From Eledone cirrhosa (Eukaryota): a stretch of DNA of 64,000 bases. Shown here piece by piece: positions 15,066-29,577 of this stretch (positions are counted from its first letter, which is position 1; each line of letters begins with the position of its first letter). The position numbers and the translations under genes were made by a program. The stretch spans positions 33,666,001 through 33,730,000 of the forward strand of contig OZ024760.1 of the NCBI GenBank assembly GCA_964016885.1, written 5' to 3'. The notes below the pieces were generated by a model. It worked only from the letters and a program-made list of their open reading frames with translations. It did not search any database and was not told where the DNA came from.

Positions 15066-16112
15066 CGGTGGATTGGCAGTATCGGTAGAGGGTCTGACGC
15101 TATGCTTTGCAGCAAAGAGTTACGCCCCTTTATGGTTTGAGTTCAAATCCCGCCGAGGTTAACTTTGCCTTTCATCCTTACGGGGTCGATAAAATAAAGT
15201 ACCAGTAATGCACTGGATAATTGCTGGCCTTGTGCCAAAAGTAGAAACAATTATAAAAATATGACCCTCCCCATATATAACAATATATATAAGGGTTATC
15301 CAATACTTACTGTTAGTTTGATCTTTGATCCCACGCTGGCCTCAATGGTCCACAAACAGTCGGTGAAGTTCTTGTAGACACCCGAAGAAACATCGACATC
15401 GCCAGAGTTCTGTTTCAAGTAATATCGACATCGCGAAGCTGCAAAACAACAACAGTAACAATTCTTTATATTTAGGTCACCCCTTCTCACATATCGTTTT
15501 AACTTTCATGGGGCGGTGGATTGGCAGTATCGGTAGAGGGTCGGACGCCATGCTTTGACACATAGAGTTACGACCCTTGCCATTCTGAGTTCAAATGCCG
15601 CCGAGGTTAACTTTGCCATTCATCCTTACAGGGTCGATAAAATAAAGTACCAGTAATGTACTGTGTAATTGCTGGCCTTGTGCCAAAAATAGAAACAATT
15701 ATTGTTTGTTTTAATAATATAATATATAATATCATTAATTATAATAATAATTGTTTCTACTTTTGGCACAAGGCCAGCAATTATCACAGTTTATTACTGG
15801 TACTTTATTTTATCGACCCCGTAAGGATGAAAGGCAAAGTTAACCTTGGCGGGATTTGAACTCAGACCATAAAGGGCCGTAACTCTTTGCTGCAAATCAT
15901 GGCGTCAGACCCAAACTGTAGGAGCTCTGAAATAGGCAGTATCGGTAGAGGGTCGGGCGCCATGCTTTGACGCAAAGAATTACGGCTCTTTCCATTCTGA
16001 GTTCAAATCCCGCCAAGGTTAACTTTGCCTTTCATCCTTACGTGGTCAATAAAATAAAGTACCAGTAATACACTGGGTAATTGCTGGCCTTGTGCTAAAA
16101 GTAGAAACAATT
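15066..16112. mobile_element. Cluster of four tRNA-derived Nin-domain-like SINEs (15066-15253 +, 15510-15700 +, 15750-15912 -, 15930-16112 +) around a coding exon
   Basis: B-box gagttcaaatcc and core gcctttcatccttacggggtcgataaaataaagtaccag; other copies ~3715, 8985, 10100, 18413, 46120, 61098. Confidence 0.85.
15311..15438 (-). CDS. Coding exon 7, CUB1 N-half (SRCRYYLKQNSG...DCLWTIEASVGSKIKLT)
   Basis: CUB C.W.I motif, canonical splice sites, phase 1/0. Confidence 0.92.
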
Positions 16113-16149
16113 ATTATTATAATATAGAATAATAATAATATAATTTTTT

Positions 16150-16364
16150 ATTTCAGAGCTCCTACAATTTCGAAGAGAGGCTGCTTGCAAGTGTATGGAC
16201 ACATGATCGTGTGCATTCTGGCAAGACAATGGAGGATGTGCGACATGACTTCACTGCAAGATTCGACAAACCAGCTCCTCCGAAGCGGACGATACTGCGA
16301 TGGGAACATAAACTGTTTGTCATTACTTTTTGGTAGAGGGTGACAAGACTTTCGGACCACCCTG
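16150..16364 (+). mobile_element. Deleted Tc1/mariner-like DNA transposon remnant
   Basis: N-terminal HTH-like peptide (YNFEERLL...DFTARFDKPAPPKRTILRWEHKLF) followed by TIR-like ...ggaccaccctg-TA. Confidence 0.65.
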
Positions 16365-16511
16365 TATATTATGAAGATGGTAAATTAACATGGTTCTTAT
16401 ACATAACCGGTTACCCCATATCCTGAATCGATGATTCCAATATTCTATCATCTATTCACATCGAACCAGCTTTCCTTCCAAAACACTATGAACCAATCTT
16501 TATATACTTAC

Positions 16512-16607
16512 TGCAATTGAATTCGTCCGAGGAATCTTTGCAGTCGTTCTGACCGTCACAGACGAAGTCTTTGTGGATACATGCACCGTCATTACACCGG
16601 AAAGAAC
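16512..16607 (-). CDS. Coding exon 6, LDL-receptor class A repeat ([31 protein letters not shown])
   Basis: Textbook LDLa motif, canonical splice sites, phase 1/1. Confidence 0.95.
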
Positions 16608-16977
16608 CTGATGAAAGACAACATAAACTCTCTGTTTAGTAACACTGCACAGTTGTATTACACACACACACACACATACACACGCACTCATACACACACA
16701 CACGTATACACACATACACACACACATACGTATACACACATACACACACTCATACACACACGTATACACACATACACACACTCATACACACACACACACG
16801 TATACACACATACACACACACGTATACACACATACACACGCACTCATACACACACACACACTCATACACACACACATATATATATAAGGAAAAATAAAGA
16901 TGGGACAGTAGTTTTTAAATAATTTTAATGCTTTACACATCAAAAGTAATACATAAGATTATGCTATGCCCCCGCCC

Positions 16978-17067
<90 letters not shown>

Positions 17068-17622
17068 GTTTAGATGAGTTGATTATCTCATATGATGGGA
17101 AAGAATATTTCAAAGTACAAATGTGATTTTATAGTCCACACACACACATACACACACACACATATATATATATATAGTTTAGGTTATTCAGCAATATTGT
17201 ATGTTACTCGAGGCGGTACCAATATAAATATATACACTCTCTATACACCCTCTCTGCTGAAGTAGAATGTATATACTAAGTTTAACACAACGATGTTTCA
17301 CATTAATATTTTTTTATTGATTTTTCCACCTGTTACGCACGTTTCACAGATGATTGGCTCGAGGTCCATACGGATGTTAATAGACCCGATTCCAATATCG
17401 ATCTGCTAATGGTTATTCAGCTAGAAACAAATTCAGTTATAAGCAAGATATCAAGTTGGGTACCATAGCCAACATTTAAAGAACACAATTATAGAGAACT
17501 TATTGAAGATGTTTTTTTCGTCGGCTTGCATTAAAGGGGAGATTATTTAGAGACAGCGGTAAATATAAACAAATAAAGAAACCATCAAAACTATACCCCT
17601 CCCCACCACCCTCAGTACCAAC

Positions 17623-17778
17623 CTTGGAGACATGCCGGCGTTTGACAGACAACATAGGAGACGACGTCACATTTCTTGCTTTCTCTTGTTATAAAATTTG
17701 GACTAATAGCACAATCTGCAAATGACTTGGCCTTAACATGGATTTCTGAGGGGTTTATAACGGCGTCCCAATTATCTC
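17623..17778 (-). CDS. Coding exon 5, end of C-type lectin (DNWDAV...CDVVSYVVCQTPACLQ)
   Basis: tttcag acceptor, GT donor, phase 1/1; C-terminal CTL cysteines. Confidence 0.8.
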
Positions 17779-17821
17779 CTGAAACAAAAATGGAAAAGGA
17801 TTTCGATAAAACTGTCATATG

Positions 17822-17865
<44 letters not shown>

Positions 17866-17866
<1 letters not shown>

Positions 17867-18414
17867 TTGTCTCTTGAGGTCACTGGTTGTGACTTGGTGA
17901 TAACTCGTATAAACATAAAGCAAGATAAATGCAAATAATAATAATAATAATAATAATAATAAAGAGGGTATGCCTGCTAATTGATATGTCCGTTCCAATA
18001 GACAAGAATGTATCTATAAAAACATTTGAAAAATTGAGCAAGAATAAGGACCTGGAGATAGAAATTGGAAAAATGTGGAAATTGAGAACTAAAACAATAC
18101 CAGTGGTTGTGGGCGCTCTGGGAATGATACCTAAGGGGTCTAATGATTACTTATCGCAAATCCCAGGAAACCCGCGTATAGGAGAAATACAAAAGATAGT
18201 ACTAATGGGAACTGCCCATATACTAAGGAAGATTCTGTCAATATAAGTACATCACAAGTCTAAACACTAAAGATGCATGTGTGAGTATGTATGTTCTTTC
18301 TTGAACATGGCGGACCTTGTTGTCTCTTGAGGTCACTGGTTGTGACTTGGTGATAACTCGTATGAACATAAAGCAAGATAAATGCAACTGTAATAATAAT
18401 AATAATAATAATAA
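17866..18414 (+). mobile_element. R4/Dong-like non-LTR retrotransposon 3' end with an extra upstream 3'UTR fragment, in (TAA)n
   Basis: RLE peptide CLLIDMSVP...EKLSK.KDL...PVVVGALG...GTAHILRK (17965-18246); TAA arrays on both sides. Confidence 0.85.
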
Positions 18415-19197
18415 TTGTTTCTACTTTTGGCACAAGGCCAGCAATTACCCCAGTGCATTACTGGTACTTTATTTTATTGACCCCGTAAGGATGAAAGGCA
18501 AAGTTAACCTTGGCGGGATTTGAACTGAGACCGTAAAGAGCCGTAACGAGAGAGAGGAAAGAGAGACATGAGGTGGGTTAAAATATAGTCTAGATAGATG
18601 AGAAACAAAACGCGGGTGTAGTTTATGGAACACCCAAATGATTTAGAAGTCAACCCTTAAGTAGGAGCAATAACATTAAGAAAGAGATGAATGCCACCAC
18701 AATACTTTGTTTTCAATATTTTGAAAGTAGGTTTATAAGTATGAATTTTCATAAGATTTTTGTAGTTGTCTCTGTGGCCTAACTGTAGATACTAAAGACG
18801 GTGGAGATCCTGACCTTGGGTCAATCCTGGTCAAGATCAGTTTTTATTTCACAATCAATAGAAAAAACTGAAAATGTTGACCGGGAACGCTACTACCGGC
18901 AAGGATCGAACATCAGACCAGGATCACCACCGTCGATGACTCCCCCTACTAGACCACCGTGACAGGTACAAAAGTATAATGAAAATTAATAATTATAAAC
19001 CTACTTTCAAAATCAAAGTTAAAAAGAGGATGTGTCGTTGATGGCTTTCCTAGTCATATTTAGGGTCGACTTGTCAATCTTCTGGCTCTTTAGTAACAAC
19101 CTTATTATTCCTATATGAAAGGGACCCCATGTAGGACGTGGCTCTTCACTTCGCAGATCAGTTTTAGAAATAACTACATAGATAAAGCTTAGCTTAC

Positions 19198-19301
19198 CTG
19201 TGGCGTTTGAGAGCATGTTCATCTGTGCCATAGTTAACGAGACATCATATAGAAATGAATATTCTACCTCGTTCTTGATGCTGGCTAAATGGGCGCCATG
19301 A
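19198..19301 (-). CDS. Coding exon 4, C-type lectin (HGAHLASIKNEVEYSFL...)
   Basis: AAG acceptor, GTAAG donor, phase 2/1; GAHLASI..E motif. Confidence 0.88.
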
Positions 19302-19725
19302 CTTGAGAAATGGAAATAGAAAGATGGCGGCGTTGACTGGTGTGGAGAAACAACCATGACACATACATATACATACATACATACACACATACATGCGCAT
19401 ACATATATACATACATACACACATACATACACATACATATATACATACATACAGACAGACACACATATATACATACAGACAGACACACACACACACGCAT
19501 ACATACACACACACATACATACATACAAACATACAGACAGATACACAGGCATACATACATACATACATACATACATACATACATACATACAGATACACAG
19601 ACATACATACAGACACATATATACATATATACATATATACATACATACAGACACAGACAGGCAGACACACACACACACAGACACAGGCATACATACAGCC
19701 AATCAAAATCTAACCTGTCACTTAC

Positions 19726-19807
19726 CTCTTGCAAAAGGTTTCCGCTTCCGACCACGTGACTTCCTTAAACGAAAAGAGGTAACATTCTCCGAATTTTGCG
19801 GTCCATT
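19726..19807 (-). CDS. Coding exon 3, C-type lectin (WTAKFGECYLFSFKEVTWSEAETFCK)
   Basis: Canonical splice sites, phase 1/2, CTL CY..TW..A..FC motif. Confidence 0.9.
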
Positions 19808-20280
19808 CTAAAGAGAAAAAACAAAACAAAAGTGAGGTTTATGTAGAGTTACTACATGTGTTACATGTGGTAGGTACTAGATGTGGTAACAATATCAACA
19901 ATGACACTCACACAGTTACACGCTCATACACACACATACTCGCGCACGCACATGCGCACATACATACTCATATATATATATATATACATACACACACATA
20001 CATACGCACACACACACAGACATACATAGACACACGCACAAGCCCATAAGCATGCATACACAAACTTACACTGAAGCACCCCCACCCATACACGTGTATA
20101 TACCCCTATACACACATTCATACAACCACCCCTACAAACACCCCCCAGATCTAGTTGTCGAAACGGCTGGAGCTCAACCGTCGGGGTCCTGACTCTTTTC
20201 CTATTACCCACTCTACTACCCAAAGTATTGAGTACTCTGGTGCGTTATGGTCCACCTGGTTCCTTACCACACCAGCCTTG

Positions 20281-20356
<76 letters not shown>

Positions 20357-20550
20357 ATGTAGTATAATTAAACTTTCGGACACTTGAAAAGTATGCGCGA
20401 CCTTAGGTTTCGGAGTTCAGTTATGGCCATCACTGTATAAAGGAGGAACCGTTTCAATACTGGCCTCTCAAGGGACGCTACAACATAATTATATATATGG
20501 GACCTCATATATCTATTTATAAATATATATATATATATAATCACATTGCG

Positions 20551-20632
<82 letters not shown>

Positions 20633-20682
20633 CGTTTCTGAATTTGTTTAGCAAGATTCTTTATCTGAAATCGTGTGTTGAA

Positions 20683-21607
20683 ACCGATATTGTTATACTT
20701 TGGGAGGGTCATGTTGCCAATAAGAAACACACGCACCAGTTGCTTTCACTTCAATTTATTATAATAAATTTATAAATTTAGGAATTTATAAATTTCCGGT
20801 TGGTTGGTTGGTTCCACAACCAGATGGTTGTTTATATATTGTCAAAGTTCTTTCGTCACACATTCTGTGACCTCTTCACTGACTGGGGATTATTTTCTTT
20901 GTTTTTGTGCCTCTCCTTTGTTCTGTCCTACGCCATCTTGTTTCTCTGTGTGTTGTGTGCTCAGTCTGCGCATGCGCCACATCCGGGTGTCTGTGTGTGT
21001 TTATATTCGTTTATTTATTTGTTTATTTACATGTTACAGGTTGGTTGTTTGTTCTATGTGCGTGTGTGTTTTCATTTTGTCCTTAATTGTAAGTTGTGAT
21101 GTTGCTGTTCCACTCATGTTTTCTATTTAATTTTGGTTGTAATTCTTTTATGTTTATAGCCTCTGTGATTTGTCTAAATATTGCGTCTTTTCTGTGTGTA
21201 GATTCTATTTTTATTTCTATGTTTATTTCTATGTTCTCTAATTTACCCTTATGTTCTAACATGTAACATGTAAATAAACAAATAAATAAACGAATATAAA
21301 CACACACAGACACCCGGATGTGGCGCATGCGCAGACTGAGCACACAACACACACACAGAAACAAGATGGCGTAGGACAGAACAAAGGAGAGGCACAAAAA
21401 CAAAGAAAAGAATCCCCAGTCAGTGAAGAGGTCACAGAATGTGTGACGAAAGAACTTTGACAATATATAAACAACCATCTGGTTGTGGAACCAACCAACC
21501 AACCGGAAATTTATAAATTCCTAAATTTATAAATTTATTATAATAAATTGAAGTGAAAGCAACTGGTGCGTGCGTTTCTTATTGGCAACATGACCCTCCC
21601 AAAGTAT

Positions 21608-21613
<6 letters not shown>
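20683..21613 (-). mobile_element. Heavily 5'-truncated PLE with inverted pLTR
   Basis: GIY-YIG C-terminal peptide (...RQITEAINIKELQPKLNRKHEW); arms 20683-21037 and 21258-21613; hammerhead-like fold with GTGAAGA core in both arms (20841-20883 -, 21419-21461 +). Confidence 0.85.
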
Positions 21614-21655
<42 letters not shown>

Positions 21656-21661
21656 ATATTT

Positions 21662-22835
21662 ATTAAAATAACAGATTAAAGTTTAAGCAAAGAATCGCTG
21701 CTTTCACCCTTAACGGGATCTTCTGAAACTAAAAAAGTCAATCAGTGAACGCAGAAGTAAATATTTCAAAAAACGTTGCAACTGGAGGAAGACAGGAAGA
21801 CGATACTTTGGTTCGTGGAAACGTTCCCTGGCAAAGAACGGAAAAAAAGAACACGTCATGAATAGGAGCGGTGAAAACAATTACACGCAAAGACAAAACC
21901 ACGTTTATGGTATAAATGAAATCGTAGACTTATATTCTATTAGGTGGTTCAAGGAGACGTTATCTGACAATGAACGGAAAAAACGAAGATAATACGTCAT
22001 TATGTGGATCGGTGAGAACAATTGCACGCAAAGACAAAACCACGTAAATTGTATAACTGAAGTCGTAGACTAAAATTCTAACTAGGAAACCGAATGATTC
22101 TCGGCTTCAGAGTTAAGAATAAAGTAAATAAAATACAGAGGTAATTGAAATTAAATAAATATTACACGCATCCATATACGTACATACACAAGTATACGCG
22201 AACACACACGCCATAGGTATACAAAATACAAGCATGTACACAAAAAATCCCACACGCACATACAGAACCGACGCAACGCCTGACCCGCACACACACGAAC
22301 ATATACACCAAATACACATAAAAATATATTAAAAATATATATATATATATATGTGTGTATGCGTGTATACATATAATTAAATAAACGTATATAACGCGTG
22401 CACACACATACCTACGTGTAAATACACATATGTCCGCAGGCGTACGTCGACCAAAACACAAAGTACACATATACACACACATACCATAAACGTGGTTTTG
22501 TCTTTGCGTGTAATCGTTTTTCACCGCTCCAAATATTGACGTATTATCTTCGTCTTTTTCCGTTCTTTGCCAGGGAACATTTCCACGAACCAAAGTATCG
22601 TCTTCCTGTCTTCCTCCGGTTGCAACGTTTTTTGAAATATTTACTTCTGCGTTCACAGATTTATTATTTTTAGTTTCAGAAGACCCCGTTAAGGGTGAAA
22701 GCAGCGATTCTTTGCTTAAACTTTTATCTGTTATTTTAATAAATATTTGCTCTACGGTTCTTATATATTTGATATATATTTATCCTTATCGAACCCTCTT
22801 TGGATTTTAGTCTTCAAATTTATTATTATTACTAT
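21662..22835. mobile_element. Tail-out inverted pair of family A repeat
   Basis: 21662-21912 vs 22483-22745 reverse-complementary, bounded by (TA)n and (CT)n(TA)n. Confidence 0.8.
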
Positions 22836-22847
22836 TATTTCTCTTTC

Positions 22848-23014
<167 letters not shown>

Positions 23015-23296
23015 AGGGACAGTAACTTGGAGTTACTGTAGGTTCACCCGGGTGAGCACTCGATGTTTAGGTCCACTTCAGTGTCGAGGTGTAGAGCTAG
23101 ACAGAGTGTATTATTAATGAAAAGATAACAAGGACGATTGGTTACTCCTTCATTACATTTAATGGTTAGTGACGCGCGTTTCGCCGCTGATCAGCTCAAG
23201 GTTCGATCTGTATCTGTATCGAACTTACCCGACTCTGTAATCCGCGGCTCTTTGGACCCCTTGTAATGATATTCATTTTCTACTAACATTACAAGG

Positions 23297-23380
23297 GGTC
23301 CGACGAGCCGCGGATATAGAGTCCGGTAATATCTATACAGATCGAACCTTGAGCAGATCAGTGGCGAAATGCCCGTCACC
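23297..23380 (+). ncRNA. Hammerhead variant (U4C core, 59-nt stem II); inverted partner 23168-23260, further copy 1478-1562
   Basis: ggt CCGACGA GCCGC...GTGGC GAAA TGCCCG TC acc, then AATAAA. Confidence 0.6.
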
Positions 23381-23429
23381 AACTAATAAATGTAATGAAG
23401 GGGTAACCAATCGTCCTTGTTATCTGTTC

Positions 23430-23469
<40 letters not shown>

Positions 23470-24185
23470 CACATTGCGCAGTATATAATGTATATATATA
23501 TATTGAAAGAGTGAAGAAAACATGGTGAACAGTACAAAAAAACGGGTTTTATTTTCAGTATTAACAATTGTTTCACTGATTATGTATATATATATATATA
23601 TATTTGGTTATATATATATATATATATACACTATAACCAAATAGAACCCTAAACTACCTTAGCTGTCAGTATCTCAAATTTTGAGCCGATACCCAAAGAA
23701 AGTTGACGATAGACTCTTTAGCTACAGAAAGGCAGGTCAACGTCTTTTATACTGCCAAAGATACTTATCTACGAGAGACGTTAGACGTTTTCTATTCCGC
23801 TTATTTTTAACTTTAATTAAAACACAAAATACATTTGGAAATAGATTTAATGTTAAAAATATCCTCTTTGTCACTAAAATGCTAAAAATATTCTCAATTA
23901 GTTTCTGGTGTCTTGACACTAGTGTCACCCCCCTACTCACCACTATCACCACAAGAGTTGGCTACCCGTAGCAGTGGAATGGCTCTTCCATTTTGTGTGT
24001 GTGAGAGAGAGGGGCGGGAGAGAAGGCTCGCGTGTATAATAAATTGAGTGGTGGAAAGATACACATGCACACACACACACACACACACATATATGTATGT
24101 ATATATATATATACATATATAAATATATATATATTTTTTTTAAATAAGACTCCAGTTGCATTTTCGATTTCATCTTTTTTATTTA

Positions 24186-24261
<76 letters not shown>

Positions 24262-24367
24262 TAGAAGTGGTTACACAACAGTTAGTTCACCATACCGAGA
24301 ACAATTGTTTCACCTTCGCGGATCTTCAGCTCGGGATGTGTATACAGCTCGGGATGTGATACACATC

Positions 24368-24407
24368 CCGAGCTGAAGATCCGCGAAGGTGAAACAATTG
24401 TTCTCGG
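24368..24407 (+). ncRNA. Minimal type I hammerhead; identical inverted copy at 24295-24334
   Basis: ccgag CTGAAGA T-CC-gcgaa-GG-T GAAA CAATTG TT ctcgg; palindromic stem III. Confidence 0.8.
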
Positions 24408-24533
24408 TATGGTGAACTAACTCTAGTGTAACCACTTCTACCTAACTCGTCCCTTGGACTGAGTGCTCTACCACTACGGATATTACCTTCCAGTGTTCCA
24501 CCGCTATATATAGTCATATATATATACATACAT

Positions 24534-24625
<92 letters not shown>

Positions 24626-24892
24626 GTATATATATAATACATATATATATATATTGTTATACTTTGGGAGGGTCATATATATATAGATAGATATATATAT
24701 AGATATATACGTATATAGATATAGATATATACATAAATGTATATAAATATATATAAATATATATAAATATATATAAATGTATATAAATATATATCAATGT
24801 ATATCAACGTATATCAACGTATATACATGTATATAAATGTGTATATACATGTATATGAATGTGTATATAAGTATATATATAAATGTACATAC

Positions 24893-24956
24893 CATTTGGA
24901 CATTGAAATGTGAGCTGTCCAATAGTTTCTGTGGAATAAGCGTCGCTGTATGAGAT
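24893..24956 (-). CDS. Coding exon 2 (ISYSDAYSTETIGQLTFQCPN), start of C-type lectin domain
   Basis: taatag acceptor, gtatgt donor, phase 0/1; joins to give CPNEWTAKFGECY. Confidence 0.8.
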
Positions 24957-25563
24957 CTATTAATAGAAAGAAAAGAAAAATAACAACATTAATGGAATGT
25001 CATTAATTGGTTAATTATAGTTTCATTAATGTTCTGTTGTATGTCACCTCCCCACCCCATACTATATACACATAAATATATATATATATATATGCGCACA
25101 CACACATACACACACATATATATATACACACACATTCACACATATATATATATATGTACACACACACATAAATATTTATACGCACACGCACTCACACACA
25201 CACATATATATATATATATACATACACAAATATATATATACACAATACACACATATATATATATACACTACACACACACACACTAGTCCACTCTTTTGCC
25301 ACCCTCATTACCGAGGGTCGGGTACCATGGATAATATATATGTCGATAGTTCTCATTGAGGAGTAAAACAAATTAACGTTGACGTTGGTGGGAGACGAAC
25401 CCTCGTCTGGCGTCCGGCCCTTACTCGGAAGTTGGTGACCAACAGAATCACAACTCGTTTACCTTCGTCACAAGGATGAAGCCGTTGGCCACTTGAAAGG
25501 TTGTCACCATATACATATACACATACACACACACACACACACATATATACATATATATATATG

Positions 25564-25626
<63 letters not shown>

Positions 25627-25766
25627 TAGGGTGTGGTAAAAACCAGCTAGACCATAACCTACCAGAGTACTTGGAGGGAAGGTCACCTATCAGGATATAT
25701 ATAGAGAGAGGGCCATTGTCATAACAGTACCCCACCTACTGGAGGGAAGGTCACCTATCAGGAATG

Positions 25767-25809
<43 letters not shown>

Positions 25810-26257
25810 GGGTCCATTGATTTGCTGGAATTATTCAACATCTCACAATTTTATAAAGTCCAATAACAACCTGAAACAAGAATTCGTAACCTATTATAAA
25901 CCTGTTACCTTGTTTGTCACAACTTTCTTTGTCATCTCTATCTATCCCTCCCTACTTTCGCTCTCTCTCTCTCTCATATATATGTATTATATGTATATAT
26001 ATATATATATCCACACCCACACACACATATGTATATATATATATATATATTAAAATAACAGATTAAAATTTAAGCAAAGAATCTTATTTCAGAAGATCCC
26101 GTTAAGGGTGAAAGCAGCGATTCTTTGCTTAAACTTTAATCTGTTATTCTAGTAAATATTTGCTCTACGGTTCTTATATATTTGATATATATTTATCCTT
26201 ATCGAGCCCTCTTTGGATTTTAGTCTTCACATTTATTATTATTACTATATATATATA

Positions 26258-26411
<154 letters not shown>

Positions 26412-26989
26412 TATATACATGTATAGACATATATGTGTATGTCTGTATATATGAATATATATATATATATGTTTATGTATGTGTGTGTGTGTTTACATAC
26501 ATAAATATATACACGCAATAATAACCTTCCCATGACCCGTTAACTGGTTCCAAAAATCTTGTCTTTTTTTCCCAGAGTTTCTAAAGAGATGATGAAAAGT
26601 TCCCATCTACTTTTGACAATGGAATGAATAGAAATCGGAAACACATCTATACACACACACATGCTGACGTACACCTATATACATACATATATATAGAGAT
26701 ACATACTGACGTACATCTATACACATACATATATACATACATATATACATACACACACATACATACTGACGTACATCTATAAACATACATATATACACAC
26801 ACATACACATACATACTGACGCACATCTATACACACCTGGAACAACACTTCTTTTCATGCACCGTTATGTTGTTGTCGCTTTTTACCTTGAACCCGGCAG
26901 CCAAACGGACATAAATAATAACGATTATGTATGAGCCTGGGAGTTAGTCTATTTGTAGAATATATTCCGGCTCACGACTCCCTATATAT

Positions 26990-27038
<49 letters not shown>

Positions 27039-27160
27039 GTATAGATATATATGAAGGCATGTGGCTGAGTGGGTTTAGAGAATGGGATTCTCAATCCTGA
27101 GGTTGTGAGTTCGATTAGTATATAGAAATGGGAGAGAGAGTACAAAGTTATACTTTTATA

Positions 27161-27192
<32 letters not shown>

Positions 27193-27230
27193 CCATGAAA
27201 ATATAATTTTAATTCTACATATGTTTCAAT

Positions 27231-27271
<41 letters not shown>

Positions 27272-27368
27272 TATAACTTTGTTACTCTCTCTCCATTTAT
27301 ATATATAATCGAACTCACAACCTCAGGATTGAGAATCCCATTCTCTAACCACTCAGCCACATGCCTTC

Positions 27369-27835
<467 letters not shown>

Positions 27836-27843
27836 TTTATGTG

Positions 27844-27875
<32 letters not shown>

Positions 27876-29154
27876 TATATATATATCAAATCTATTAGTA
27901 TCTCTCTTTCTGTATATAAATAAATATATATATACACACATCTATATGTGATTAATAGTAGGTTCTTTTACCCAATTCAGTAATCGGAATGTGGATATAT
28001 TCGTACATTGCATTTCATGAAAATAAATCTATAATATCGATCTGAACAGACCTGCCAACTGCATGATATGCTATTCTCACAAGGATATCGAACTTTCATG
28101 TGTCCAGAGACAAATCTTTCATTCGTCAATTGACACAAAATATTTGGCTCGATTTTAATGAAAGTTCAGAACTTTGAGATAGGCGCCATGACCAGGGTTC
28201 TGAAATTCTCGGAATGATTGAAGCAAACATACATACATACACACATGCATACATATATATATACATATATATATACATACATGCATACATACATATATAC
28301 ATACATACATACATACATATATACATATATACATACATACATATATACATACATACACACATGGTGGTTGCCAACTCGTTTTCGAGTACGGCCACTACTT
28401 TATATCCATGTAGGAGAACCCCTACCGATGCGCTGAACGAGTGGGACTTTTTAGTCCAGCCAGCGACTTGAAAACTCTGGTACAAACACTACACTTGTGA
28501 CAATTATTGACACATAGTGCTGGGCCCTTGGTACCATGTGACGACAAGTGCAGAGAGATCTCCAGATATAAAGCAATGCCTTGGCCGTGAAGCTTTTATA
28601 GTGAGCAAAGGCACTGCACAAAGCCAGTCCCACTCTCTTAACCAAGATGATATTTACCAAAAAGAAGAACAAGTCAACATCATTGGATACCATCAGAGTT
28701 GCAGGTGTTATATCAGAGTTTTCCTTCTCCTAGAATTCTGCCTTGACAAAGGCTAAGGGGTCATCTCTCCCGGTAATTTTGGATGGCCATTGACTCTTAA
28801 GAGCTTCTTTGCCCTTTGACAGGTTTTGTTTTTAGTCCTGCAGGATGTCCAAAGTCACCCTCCTCACCAAGAAACCTTGGTGGGTTGCCAGTTTAGTCGC
28901 CAACGACCCGACGATGAGACAGGTTGTACTGGGATACCGCTCTTTGCCGGGTCTTGTATTACATACACATATATACACATAGATACATCTATCCATATAT
29001 ATATATATATACACATACACACATATATATATTTACATACACACATATACATCCATATATATATGTGTAAAAGGTAAACAGAAATAACAACACAATCGGT
29101 ACAGTATATGGAAGGGATATATTAGGTTAACGCTTATATATAGCAGAGAAAGGG

Positions 29155-29190
29155 TCTTAACGTTTCGGGCGCTAGTCCTTCATCAGAAGA
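29155..29190 (-). ncRNA. Minimal type I hammerhead in a PLE-like terminus; related degenerate copies ~10303 and ~61870
   Basis: tctt CTGATGA AGGACTAGCGCCC GAAA CG TT aaga. Confidence 0.65.
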
Positions 29191-29333
29191 AAGAATGAGA
29201 AATAAGAAAGATTGAGGGGACGGGCGAGATGGAATTGGAAGAAAATTCTTTAAATAAAAATAACAGGTCCATTCATGTTGACATCTCTTGTATATACATA
29301 TATACACATACATCGGTGTATATACATAGATAG

Positions 29334-29433
<100 letters not shown>

Positions 29434-29526
29434 GAATGTATATATGTATTTATATTTATATATATGTATGTATGTGTGTGTGTTAATAAGGTGTCTAAAT
29501 TTAAGAAAATAAAAAAAATTACTTAC

Positions 29527-29577
29527 AGATTGAAGAATACTGCAAAGTATATATGGGAAAGCGAAATATGTTAACAT
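29527..29577 (-). CDS. Uninflatable-like CTL-LDLa-CUB3-Sushi protein, probable first coding exon (signal peptide [17 protein letters not shown])
   Basis: aaccATG start, hydrophobic 17 codons, GTAAG donor in phase 0 matching the next exon; possible acceptor near 29700 for the 5'UTR part. Confidence 0.65.

Noticed and set aside
15510-15610. tRNA gene-like A/B boxes
   Set aside because: SINE heads; no complete cloverleaf and followed by the SINE core.
20370-20475. Further hammerhead-like GAAA motifs (also ~17335, 23570, 25450, 27215, 61640)
   Set aside because: Only 3' halves or degenerate cores; not counted as ribozymes.
28350-28960. Possible LINE 5'UTR or SINE on the minus strand
   Set aside because: Resembles repeat sequence but I could not assign it or find a second copy.
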